Source: a virus. From it: 64,000 nucleotides of DNA. Below the pieces are notes generated by a model that worked only from the letters and a program-made list of their open reading frames with translations, ran no database searches and was not told the DNA's origin. Shown piece by piece: positions 28,486-37,439 of this stretch. Numbering within the stretch: position 1 is the first letter of the stretch; every line of letters starts with the position of its first letter. The stretch is taken from the IMG/VR virus record IMGVR_UViG_3300045988_082633; one strand, 5' to 3'. The position numbers and the translations under genes are program-made.

Positions 28486-31400
28486 TTAATATTTTTGATT
28501 ATTTATAAGTACATTTTCAAATTTAACAGGGGTTCCATTGATAAAACCAAAAGTTAGAATAAAATATCGACCATACACTAAACTGTTATTATCAGAATTA
28601 GGATGTCGAGTTTCTTTCCCATCATTAACAACTAAATCAACACCTGGTTGATTAGGATATTTATAAATATTATCTGCATTAAGAGCATTTCTAAAATAAT
28701 TAGCAGTCCAAAAGCCTAAATTATATTTAAATCCTTTATAGTCTAATAATGAGTTAGGTCTTGCAATATCATCAACATTTGTTATAACAGAAGTTGATTT
28801 ACATTCATCTGTAATTGCAAAAAATTCTTTAACAGGATTTATTTTTGTATTACGAGATATATCAAGAATAGTTTTATCTTTAGCTGTATTTGCAAACATA
28901 TTTGTTTTATTCAAATCTGCAATATATTGGATACTATCTAAAGATGCTCTTTGAGATTCATCAGGAAAAAGAATAACAGATATTGAATGTTTACAATCTT
29001 TATAAGTTCCTTCATCTGGGGCATCTGTAAGATAACTATCTGTTGTAGCACCACCATATAAAGCATCCGTATTTATAGTATCTGCCTCATTAAATAAAGT
29101 ACAAAATGTTTTATTATAAGAATAACAAATGTCTCTACTATTAAATGCGTTTCTGAGAGTAATATCATGAAGAGAAATAAAATGTTTAGTTTTATAATTA
29201 AAACTAATAGTTATTTCTTTTGTGTATTCAATAAAGAAATTTATAAGAATACGAGTATTCTTATCATCATGAATCATTTTGCATCCATAAGGTTTATAAT
29301 ATTTAATAATTTTAAATATATCTTCATCTATTTGTCCAAGTTGAGATTGACCTGAATAACCAAACAAATGATTACTTTGTCTATCATAGAATATATAAGT
29401 ATCAAATGTAACACAACCAGAATATTTATTATCAATACCTGCATATCCATATTGTGAATCACATATTTGTGTAATACCATTAGTAAATGGGTCAGATTCT
29501 TTTAATTCAATATCTGAATTATTTGAAACAAGCATTTGACTAGCATCAAATTTATAAAGAGAACCTTTAGTATGAACAAATATATTATTTCCTATAGAAA
29601 ACAGTTTAACAATAATTCCTCTATCTGTAGGAATATTATAATAATCAGAAGATATAAATTTAAATACAGAATTATTAAATGTTTCATCAGATAGAACTGT
29701 ACTTACTCTAATAGTATTATTAAAATCTACTCGTGTACTGCCATCATATTCTCTAAATAGTTTATTTCTATAATTTTTATACATACTTTTAAGTTCATAT
29801 ATAAAACTTAAAGTAGCAGAATTTATAACTTTAGCAACTTGTTTTAATCCAGAACTAGCATTACCTACACTGAAAATTTGATCATTAACATCTTCTGTAA
29901 GACTTAAATAATTCAAATTAAAATTACTTCTAATAAAATAAGTAATGCTATTTTGAATTGGTATATAACCATTAAACTCACTAAGACTTAAAGTATTAGA
30001 ACGTTTAGCACTATATACATCATTTCCTGAAACATAACAGCTAGAAGACAAATCAAAATCTGGTTTTTTAACAAGACAAAAATGAGAACCATAAAATCCT
30101 TTATTTACAGTAGTAACACTTGTTTGTTTAAGTGGATAATATGGACTGCATTTAATAAGATTATAATTCTTTTCTTTACTTATATCTCTATCTATTACAA
30201 TATAAAGTCTATCATCAGAATAATTACCATAGTCATTCCAACTAATATAACCACAATTACCAAAAGCAAGAGTAGGAAATGAAGAACCACTAGAATAATA
30301 CTTTGCCTGTGTAGCTACAATAACTTCATTTCCATTACTATTTATTTTTATTATCTTTATATCAGTATTTATATTGTACAATAGACAATCTATTTCAATA
30401 CAATTTACTATATTTGTATTATTATTTACTTTTCTATAATTAAAACATTCGATTATTTGTCTTCCTGTATTAACTATAGAAAAGAAAAATCCTTTATATT
30501 TACTAGCAGGAGGTTCAGCATTATAAGCAAATGTTAAATTAATAATATCTTTATTACTATTAACATCATCTGTTTTTACCGTAGTTAAAAACTTACCATT
30601 TGTGATTATATGATTATCATCAACATAATGAACATAAACATTATATTTAGATAATGGCATAAGTGTAGCAGCTTGATTAGTCTTTTCAGTTGTATCATTT
30701 GTATCAATATAAGTATCTTTAACGTTAAAATTACATACAGACTTCCATTCTGTAGTTTTAGCATTTATATAAAACCTTTTATTAAAATGAAGATCATCAT
30801 TTACAATCTCTTCTGTATCAAGTGTAAATTGTACAGACTTAAAGACAGCAGTTGCTGTACAAGTTCTTACTATATCTCCACTAAAATTAAATACTAAAGC
30901 TCCATTTTCATCTATACCAACAACTTTATTTTTTATTGTATTAAAAACTTCATCTGTTATTTTATTTTTTATCGAATAATATATTGATGAATTATTTGCA
31001 TTTTCATATCCATAGTCTTTATCATTTGTACTACCTATATAATTAGATTTATTCATATAGCTATAAAAGCCAATAGGATAAGTTTTAGCACCAGAAGAAA
31101 ATTCTATATAACAATATACTAATCTATTTTTACTTTCTATTTCATCTTTTATATTTTTCTCTATAAAAGCTTTAGCTTCATTAGAAAAACCTTTATTTCT
31201 AGTTGGCCAATAATCATTAGTAGTTTTATTTGCTACACCATAAATCTTTGTTAACTTATTAAAACGATATGTTCCATTTCTAAGTTGAGTATGTGTATTA
31301 AGATCTTTTTCATCAGTAGAACCATAAATAAAAGTGAAACCTAAAGCATCCCATTGATGTGGTTTTTCTGTATCTCTATCATATAACCATAAATCACCTT

Positions 31401-32739
31401 CATGCCAATGTTCAACTATACCTATCTTACCACCATTATATAATCGTTCTTCTGTATATCCAAATATAGCACTGTCATAAGCATCATTAAAAATATTATA
31501 AATTGTACATAAATCAGGATCATCTTTATAATCCCATTTTATATCAAAACTAGCTATTTTATCTTTTTCTAATGTATTTCCTTTATATAGATTTGACATA
31601 TCCCAATCAAACATATATGATTCTAAAATAGAAGAAATAGCCTTGTCAGCACTTGATTTATCATAATATCCTAAACTATTATTAAATACAAGGGAAGTTT
31701 CATTAAGTTTCATATTACGATATGAAACATTGTCACTTCCGTTATTATCTGAATGATTATACCCTATAATTATTGGTTTGCTTATTTCATCAACATTTTC
31801 ATTTATATTACTTTCAACATAATTACTAATATATAATTTATTTTTAAAACTAGTTATATTACGAACATTATATATTTCATAAGTAGTAGCAAGCAACTCA
31901 TCTATATCAACATCTGTAACATGATCATAATCAAAATAAATTTTATTAGTATTAATATCAAATTCTTTCCAAGCACGAGCATTAGTCGAATCATCATGAG
32001 AAATAATAAATCCTAATTGAAAACTTTTATATAAAGATTTAGCAGAATCATTAACAAATGAAACATCAAATATAAAAGATTTAGCAGAATCAATATGATA
32101 GTTTATATAACTAAGGCCTCCTTGAAGTGTATTTATTTTAGTAGAAGTTCCACCAAAAATAGGACAACTACAAAGATACCAATTAGTATAAACATCAGTT
32201 CTAATTTTATATCTAATAAAAAATACATATGTTCCATTAGGTATAGTTTTCGCATATGTATCATTAAGAGTAAGATTACACATAGGAACTCTAGGAGCTT
32301 GTGTATAAATACTCTCATCATCTGTGTTTTTGCAAAAAGAAAGATTTATATGTTTTATTGGAATAAGTTTAGTTTTACTGCTTATATATTCAGCAATAGA
32401 AAGAATCTTTTCTCCACTAATATTAGTAGTTACAGTTCCATCTATTTCTCCACCGCTATATTTCCAACCACATTGTATTTTTGTAGCAGTTTCAGTTTTT
32501 TCATTATATTCATATATTTCACTATTATTATCAGTATGAGTGAAAATATAAATTATACTATCTAAACCAACTATATGCCCAACAATCTGTTTTCCTGAAA
32601 AAGCAGATATATTATTATAACCAAAATCAGATACAAGAGAACCATCAGAATCAAGTTTCATATTTTTAGCAAACATAAGACTTCCTTCTTCACAATTCTG
32701 AGGATTTTGATTAAGATTTAATTTAGGTATTACTCTCAT
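28486..32739 (-). CDS. large tail structural protein, function unknown (1417 aa)
   Basis: 4.25-kb ORF in the tail block. The sequence is rich in Asn, Tyr and Ser and looks beta-rich, as is typical of tail or baseplate-like components. I recognise no motif. Confidence 0.7.
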   Translation of the reverse strand: MRVIPKLNLNQNPQNCEEGSLMFAKNMKLDSDGSLVSDFGYNNISAFSGKQIVGHIVGLDSIIYIFTHTDNNSEIYEYNEKTETATKIQCGWKYSGGEIDGTVTTNISGEKILSIAEYISSKTKLIPIKHINLSFCKNTDDESIYTQAPRVPMCNLTLNDTYAKTIPNGTYVFFIRYKIRTDVYTNWYLCSCPIFGGTSTKINTLQGGLSYINYHIDSAKSFIFDVSFVNDSAKSLYKSFQLGFIISHDDSTNARAWKEFDINTNKIYFDYDHVTDVDIDELLATTYEIYNVRNITSFKNKLYISNYVESNINENVDEISKPIIIGYNHSDNNGSDNVSYRNMKLNETSLVFNNSLGYYDKSSADKAISSILESYMFDWDMSNLYKGNTLEKDKIASFDIKWDYKDDPDLCTIYNIFNDAYDSAIFGYTEERLYNGGKIGIVEHWHEGDLWLYDRDTEKPHQWDALGFTFIYGSTDEKDLNTHTQLRNGTYRFNKLTKIYGVANKTTNDYWPTRNKGFSNEAKAFIEKNIKDEIESKNRLVYCYIEFSSGAKTYPIGFYSYMNKSNYIGSTNDKDYGYENANNSSIYYSIKNKITDEVFNTIKNKVVGIDENGALVFNFSGDIVRTCTATAVFKSVQFTLDTEEIVNDDLHFNKRFYINAKTTEWKSVCNFNVKDTYIDTNDTTEKTNQAATLMPLSKYNVYVHYVDDNHIITNGKFLTTVKTDDVNSNKDIINLTFAYNAEPPASKYKGFFFSIVNTGRQIIECFNYRKVNNNTNIVNCIEIDCLLYNINTDIKIIKINSNGNEVIVATQAKYYSSGSSFPTLAFGNCGYISWNDYGNYSDDRLYIVIDRDISKEKNYNLIKCSPYYPLKQTSVTTVNKGFYGSHFCLVKKPDFDLSSSCYVSGNDVYSAKRSNTLSLSEFNGYIPIQNSITYFIRSNFNLNYLSLTEDVNDQIFSVGNASSGLKQVAKVINSATLSFIYELKSMYKNYRNKLFREYDGSTRVDFNNTIRVSTVLSDETFNNSVFKFISSDYYNIPTDRGIIVKLFSIGNNIFVHTKGSLYKFDASQMLVSNNSDIELKESDPFTNGITQICDSQYGYAGIDNKYSGCVTFDTYIFYDRQSNHLFGYSGQSQLGQIDEDIFKIIKYYKPYGCKMIHDDKNTRILINFFIEYTKEITISFNYKTKHFISLHDITLRNAFNSRDICYSYNKTFCTLFNEADTINTDALYGGATTDSYLTDAPDEGTYKDCKHSISVILFPDESQRASLDSIQYIADLNKTNMFANTAKDKTILDISRNTKINPVKEFFAITDECKSTSVITNVDDIARPNSLLDYKGFKYNLGFWTANYFRNALNADNIYKYPNQPGVDLVVNDGKETRHPNSDNNSLVYGRYFILTFGFINGTPVKFENVLINNQKY

Positions 32740-32745
32740 ATTATT

Positions 32746-33492
32746 TTAGTTTCTTGGAAGAAAAGTACTATTATAAAAGAAATTATTCCAACCATCAGAA
32801 CTATGACTGATTGCTATTTTAACAGAAGCCATAGCTTTAGGTCTAAGAGTATTCCATTGTATATATGGATTAAGAACTTGATTAGGACTTGAAAGACTAT
32901 AAACTTGGTGCTTACTACCTCTACTAAGATATTTAAATAAACAATACCAAGCAAGTGCTTCAAGAAGAAGACCGTTGTCATATATGTAAGGTACTTGACA
33001 TTGATAATATTCATCAAAATAAGTAGCAGTTTCATAACTTTCTACTTCAATTTCATCAGTGTCAAAGTTAAGTTCTATATTGTTTCCATCAAGAATAAAA
33101 TTATGATTTCTATTTGATGTTACAACAGTTCCAACAGTCATAAAGTTAATTCCTGTTTTATTGGCATCGTCAATAACAGCAATTTCTTGTGGTATAGTTT
33201 TTGAAGTTTTACTACAACCACAAGAATTATCACTATTTAGTTCTGTTATTTCACAACCATGTTTATCATAAACTTTAAGTTCTTTAGCATTGATTATACA
33301 TGGAAATTGAGCAACTCTATTACTAACTTCAAGTTTTCTACGTTTTCTTTCCATTGGTAGAACTTGCATTTGTGATAGAGCATCTATAGTCCAAGCTGCA
33401 ACTCTTGGAATCCAATCAGATTCACTGATATTAAAATCATTATCTATTTTACCTATTAGTCTTGACAAAGGTAATTGGTTTTTGAGCTTCAT
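32746..33492 (-). CDS. structural module protein, function unknown (248 aa)
   Basis: Co-directional ORF that overlaps its upstream neighbour by 44 nt. Confidence 0.65.
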   Translation of the reverse strand: MKLKNQLPLSRLIGKIDNDFNISESDWIPRVAAWTIDALSQMQVLPMERKRRKLEVSNRVAQFPCIINAKELKVYDKHGCEITELNSDNSCGCSKTSKTIPQEIAVIDDANKTGINFMTVGTVVTSNRNHNFILDGNNIELNFDTDEIEVESYETATYFDEYYQCQVPYIYDNGLLLEALAWYCLFKYLSRGSKHQVYSLSSPNQVLNPYIQWNTLRPKAMASVKIAISHSSDGWNNFFYNSTFLPRN

Positions 33493-34393
33493 TTCTTATA
33501 AATTTAGTATATAAAATTTTATCAACTTTATCACACAAAGTAACTTTAGTTTTAAGATCAATAGCTAACTCACAAATTTTCCTTGTATTGTTATCACAAA
33601 GTTCAATTAGTTCATCATTAGTTTTTCCTCGTAAAGATCTATGTCGATAATCTCCAATTTCAAGTTTAAAAGTACTACCACCAGAAATCTTACAATCTAT
33701 AAGAGGAATTTGATAACAATATTCATTAAAAATAAATACCCTTTTATCTTTAGCTTTATATTCTATTCCATTACGAACACACCAATCAGCTTCTTCTTTA
33801 TTGTAAATTCTTTCACCTTTTTCTTTAAGTTCTTTTTCTTTCTTTTTAGTAGCAGCATAATCAAGCATAGGTTGCTTTTTATCAAAGACACAACGATTAA
33901 CACATATCCAACCTATACCATTACTAAAAGAATATCCTTGCCCTTCAAGAATTAATTTTTTATGAACTTCAGTATAATATACTCTAAGATATTCTGTATA
34001 TTGTTTAAGTGTAAGTTTTAAACATTTATTATAAAATTCTATATCTTTAATACATTGATATAATTCTTTCTGTTTAGAAGCTAAATCATAAAGATTATAT
34101 AAATCAGTAACAAGTTCATAATTATTTTGTTTATTTATAAATAAACCTTTAGCTACTTTATAAAATGTACCTGTTATATATTCATTATTCTTAAATTCAA
34201 TATAATCGAAAAGTTTTATTCCAAACTCTGTTTCATATGTTTTAGCCCAAGAAGAAACATTAGTATGTTTTATATCAACGTCTTCTTTTAATAGTTCTTT
34301 TAATTTAAGAGCATCTTCTAGTTTTTGTTTATTACTTTCCATAAACAATTTATAATATGTTCTGAAATTAACAGGTGTTTCTTTAATTGCCAT
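33449..34393 (-). CDS. structural module protein, function unknown (314 aa)
   Basis: Co-directional ORF with 1 nt between the upstream gene's stop and its start. Confidence 0.65.
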   Translation of the reverse strand: MAIKETPVNFRTYYKLFMESNKQKLEDALKLKELLKEDVDIKHTNVSSWAKTYETEFGIKLFDYIEFKNNEYITGTFYKVAKGLFINKQNNYELVTDLYNLYDLASKQKELYQCIKDIEFYNKCLKLTLKQYTEYLRVYYTEVHKKLILEGQGYSFSNGIGWICVNRCVFDKKQPMLDYAATKKKEKELKEKGERIYNKEEADWCVRNGIEYKAKDKRVFIFNEYCYQIPLIDCKISGGSTFKLEIGDYRHRSLRGKTNDELIELCDNNTRKICELAIDLKTKVTLCDKVDKILYTKFIRNEAQKPITFVKTNR

Positions 34394-34394
34394 A

Positions 34395-35081
34395 TTAGTT
34401 AAACTTTATAGTATCTGGTATTTCATTAGTTTCACGAATAGTACTTAGTAAATCTCGTTTATAAATAATATCTTTAATTTGTCCAATCATATCTTCAGAC
34501 AAAAGAAATTCATTTTCTTCCATGAGAACATCCATACTATCTACTTCTTTATTTGCTATTTGAATTTCAGTAGGATGTTCAAATGCAGATTCTATTATTA
34601 TTTTTTCAAGTTCAAAGGCTTTATTATCAGCAGGAAATATATAAATATAACCATTTATATAATCATAACATGGTATACCACATAAACCAGGAACTGAACT
34701 TCTAAAACGAGCAGAAGTTTCTTTAATAAAAGGAAATTCTCTAGAACTTCTATAACCAACAGAACTAACTCTATCAAATGGAAGATTATTAGTAAGTCTT
34801 ACAGGTGTAGGAACTTTTTGACAACTACGTTTAATTAAAGTAACATCAATATCTTCCATTCCTTCTGGAAGTTCAATTTCACCATCATAAACATCTGTAA
34901 GATTAACTTTAAATCTTTGAACTAGTCCTTTATCAACATATCCATGATTTTCAAAACTTCTGCGAATAACTTCATTTCTAGTATGAATTATAAGAAGTTT
35001 AATGTTTTCTCTAAGAGATTTATTGTTAGGCTGTTTAAGAGAATGAGCAAACTCAGAAACAAGCATTGCTATACTAGCCAT
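34395..35081 (-). CDS. structural module protein, function unknown (228 aa)
   Basis: First gene after the 271-nt intergenic region 35082-35352, and co-directional with the array. Confidence 0.65.
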   Translation of the reverse strand: MASIAMLVSEFAHSLKQPNNKSLRENIKLLIIHTRNEVIRRSFENHGYVDKGLVQRFKVNLTDVYDGEIELPEGMEDIDVTLIKRSCQKVPTPVRLTNNLPFDRVSSVGYRSSREFPFIKETSARFRSSVPGLCGIPCYDYINGYIYIFPADNKAFELEKIIIESAFEHPTEIQIANKEVDSMDVLMEENEFLLSEDMIGQIKDIIYKRDLLSTIRETNEIPDTIKFN

Positions 35082-35108
35082 ATCTTAATCAATTTTATTA
35101 TTAAAAAT

Positions 35109-35128
35109 ACTCCCTCGCAGATGTTGTG
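35109..35128 (-). repeat. degenerate motif-like copy (9b)
   Basis: Plus strand aCTCCCtCGcAGAtGTTGTG, compared with the consensus gCTCCCCCGTAGAAGGGTTGTG. It is intergenic and inverted relative to copy 9, 55 nt away. Confidence 0.45.
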
Positions 35129-35183
35129 CAGTAGTACACTAACTAATTATTATACTAACACTATTATAATAACAATTAAATTT

Positions 35184-35207
35184 CACAACTTTTCTACGGG
35201 GGAGCGC
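35184..35207 (+). repeat. GC-rich dispersed motif, copy 9 (variant GGGGGAGCGC)
   Basis: Plus strand cacaacttttCTACGGGGGAGCGC, intergenic. Confidence 0.9.
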
Positions 35208-35306
35208 ATTATCTAACTTTGTAATATGCTCCATAAAGCACAGAACCTAAGCTATTTTCGATTTAATATGCTTGACTGATGTCTCCATCATAAATCATAT
35301 TTGAGT

Positions 35307-35334
35307 GTCTTAAATCGCTTGAAAATAATTATAA
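35307..35334 (+). repeat. AT-rich intergenic element C (GTCTTAAATCGCTTGAAAATAATTAT), partial
   Basis: The core is at 35307-35317. Only the 3' part is shared with elements A, B and D. Confidence 0.5.
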
Positions 35335-35352
35335 TAATTTATCATTATTATC

Positions 35353-35670
35353 TTATTTAATTTTAGAATAATAACCAATATTAAATTTTTCACATATAGG
35401 TTTGAATATCCAAGACCAAGATACAGGAGCAAGAATAAAACTATTAAAAATTGTTTTACTATCACTTCCTGTAGCATAATAAATAACAGCAGTTATAATA
35501 CTAATTACAAGAAATATAAGACGTTTATTACGAGTACTAATTTGACTTTTCTTTTTATAATCTGTATAAAGTTTAATAGCAAGATATGTTGCTATATTAA
35601 CAATAATACAAAAAGGAAAATCAAAACTTTCTAATGTTTTGTTTACAACTTCTAAAATTATTGTCTCCAT
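35353..35670 (-). CDS. small integral membrane protein (2-3 TM segments), holin-like architecture
   Basis: Hydrophobic segments FPFCIIVNIATYLAIKLY, LIFLVISIITAVIYYA and FILAPVSWSWIF are separated by a basic loop (KKKSQISTRNKR). The gene has its own canonical promoter (35713-35744), and the upstream gene ends in a terminator. Confidence 0.5.
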   Translation of the reverse strand: METIILEVVNKTLESFDFPFCIIVNIATYLAIKLYTDYKKKSQISTRNKRLIFLVISIITAVIYYATGSDSKTIFNSFILAPVSWSWIFKPICEKFNIGYYSKIK

Positions 35671-35712
35671 TATTATCTTTATTATTTGTTATATATGTTT
35701 TACTATCATCAG

Positions 35713-35744
35713 CAAATATATTAAAAATCCTCGAATTAACCAAA
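35713..35744 (-). promoter_or_regulatory. canonical Bacteroides-type promoter (TTTG-N20-TATATTTG)
   Basis: On the minus strand, TTTG is the complement of 35741-35744 and TATATTTG the complement of 35713-35720, separated by a 20-nt spacer. It lies 43 nt upstream of the ATG at 35670. Confidence 0.7.
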
Positions 35745-35802
35745 TTTTTATGTATTTTTAACTTTTAGATTATATATAGAATCTTCATTATTATATAAAA
35801 TA

Positions 35803-35836
35803 ATAGTAGTAGCAATTTCACAATTACTACTACTAT
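35803..35836 (-). terminator. intrinsic terminator after the 140-aa gene
   Basis: aatagtagtag pairs with ctactactat (a 10-bp stem, 35803-35812 with 35827-35836). On the minus strand it is followed by TATTTTATAT. Confidence 0.6.
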
Positions 35837-35874
35837 ACTTAAAATTAACATCACAATTATAAACAATTAAACTT

Positions 35875-36297
35875 TTATATCATCATTTCCCAATCTATTA
35901 CAATACCACTTCTACACATATCTGCATACCAACGATTAAATACAAGACCGTCATATCCATCTACGTCATCAATGACATCTTTAACATATAAACATAAATG
36001 TTGCTCGTCAGGTACACTACTACCAAGAAAATCAGCTTTACACATATTAGCTACATATACATAATCATAAAGTTGATTATTTTCAATTTCAACACGATAT
36101 GCTTTAAGTAAAGAATCTATTTCTTCTTTTTCTAGTTTAACTAGATGAACTACACCCCCCGTAGAAGGGTTGTGAGCTTCCATTTTACTAATAGCAAAAT
36201 CACATAGTTTTCTATTAAAATGCCTACCATTATAACGAAGATAATGTTTCATATCTTCAGGCATATCGTCATAAATATCTAAACTATCTCTTTTCAT
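35875..36297 (-). CDS. conserved phage protein, function unknown (140 aa)
   Basis: ORF bounded by terminators on both sides. It carries motif copy 10, read as NPSTGGVV. Confidence 0.65.
   Translation of the reverse strand: MKRDSLDIYDDMPEDMKHYLRYNGRHFNRKLCDFAISKMEAHNPSTGGVVHLVKLEKEEIDSLLKAYRVEIENNQLYDYVYVANMCKADFLGSSVPDEQHLCLYVKDVIDDVDGYDGLVFNRWYADMCRSGIVIDWEMMI
36148..36173 (-). repeat. GC-rich dispersed motif, copy 10 (GGGGGGTGTAGTT family)
   Basis: Plus strand aactacaCCCCCCGTAGaagggttgt. It lies inside the 140-aa ORF and is read H-N-P-S-T-G-G-V-V. Confidence 0.95.
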
Positions 36298-36310
36298 ATT
36301 ATTAGAAATT

Positions 36311-36339
36311 AAAAAGGAGAGAAGAATATTCCTCTCTCC
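36311..36339 (-). terminator. intrinsic terminator after the 82-aa gene
   Basis: ggagaga (36316-36322) pairs with tctctcc (36333-36339). On the minus strand it is followed by TTTTT (complement of 36311-36315). Confidence 0.6.
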
Positions 36340-36356
36340 AATTATACTTAGTTTAA

Positions 36357-36605
36357 TTAGTATCGAGGACGCATACCTCTACGATTGTCTTGATTATAAT
36401 CATCGTCATCATAATTATCATAATCTTCATCGTATCTGCGACCTTCAAGTCTGCCATCTCTACGAGTTCTTGTTCGACTTTCAGATTCATGACTTTCAGA
36501 ATATGCTTCTTCAAGACATTCCATTACTTCACAAGCAAGTTCTTTAAGCTTACGAACCTTATGCTTAAGAGCATTAGATTTATCTTTTTCTATTACAATA
36601 TACAT
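36357..36605 (-). CDS. small protein with a highly charged Arg/Asp/Tyr-rich tail (82 aa)
   Basis: N-terminal helix (KHKVRKLKELACEVMECLEEAY), then SESRTRTRRDGRLEGRRYDEDYDNYDDDDYNQDNRRGMRPRY. Confidence 0.55.
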   Translation of the reverse strand: MYIVIEKDKSNALKHKVRKLKELACEVMECLEEAYSESHESESRTRTRRDGRLEGRRYDEDYDNYDDDDYNQDNRRGMRPRY

Positions 36606-36609
36606 AACT

Positions 36610-37104
36610 TTACAATTTTAATGTTGGATTACTATTGGATGATAATACATTTAGAATTTTATCAAGTTTTCCTTCCATACTTGAAACTTTTGTATCTAAA
36701 CTATTAATCCTATCATCACGTTCTTTATCTTTAGCAAATTGAGGATTAAGTTCTTTAAGAACCTCTTCACATCGAGCTACTTGATTTTTATAATCTTCAA
36801 TATGTTCTATAACATAGTTAGCATGTTGGAGAGTAGCTTCTATTTCAGATTGAATTGTTTGTTTACTTTCAGCAATAATAAGATTACCGTTATTATAACT
36901 AACAGAATTATTGTTAGCAGGAATATTGTTATAATCTACATTATTTCCATCTACTTTAACCTTTAGATTTACAACCATTGTATTAATACCGTCAGTTGCA
37001 AATACAGGTGTTGTAGTTCCAACAACTTCTCCAATCTTAAAGTCTATTCCATTAGCTTTGTTTAAAATATAAACTCGGCTACCTTGATTAAGAGCTGAAA
37101 ACAT
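36610..37104 (-). CDS. hypothetical protein, beta-rich N-terminus plus coiled-coil C-terminus (164 aa)
   Basis: Co-directional ORF whose ATG overlaps the upstream stop (ATGA-type junction at 37104). Confidence 0.6.
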   Translation of the reverse strand: MFSALNQGSRVYILNKANGIDFKIGEVVGTTTPVFATDGINTMVVNLKVKVDGNNVDYNNIPANNNSVSYNNGNLIIAESKQTIQSEIEATLQHANYVIEHIEDYKNQVARCEEVLKELNPQFAKDKERDDRINSLDTKVSSMEGKLDKILNVLSSNSNPTLKL

Positions 37105-37421
37105 TATACTATAAGTTGAAGTTTATTATTTTGTTTATCAAATACTATAATGTGAAGACCTGCTGTAAGAGCAGTAAGAGCTTCTCCATTACTTGCCAAG
37201 AGAGGAAGAGTGCTATTATTAACCATAATTTCAAAACCAGTTGCAGTAGCTGTAGCTGCATTAAAATTAATTACCATGATACCAGCAATTCCCATAGCTC
37301 TGAAAGTATGATTAGGCATACTAAACACAGCATTAGCAGTAGCACTGCCAGCAGTCGTTTGAGTAGCAGCTACTAAAGGTATACCGCCACGATTACCAAT
37401 GAACTCATTATTTAAAGCCAT
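37104..37421 (-). CDS. hypothetical Ala/Thr/Gly-rich small protein (105 aa)
   Basis: Co-directional ORF. The local G+C is visibly higher than in the flanking sequence. Confidence 0.6.
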   Translation of the reverse strand: MALNNEFIGNRGGIPLVAATQTTAGSATANAVFSMPNHTFRAMGIAGIMVINFNAATATATGFEIMVNNSTLPLLASNGEALTALTAGLHIIVFDKQNNKLQLIV

Positions 37422-37439
37422 AATATTACCTCCTATAAT

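Noticed and set aside
35184-35221. GC-rich motif acting as the -33 part of a Bacteroides promoter (motif 9 is followed by TAACTTTG at the right distance on the plus strand).
   Set aside because: None of the other 13 copies has a TAnnTTTG box about 20 nt downstream. The motif lacks TTTG at the -33 position, and most copies sit deep inside giant ORFs in both orientations.
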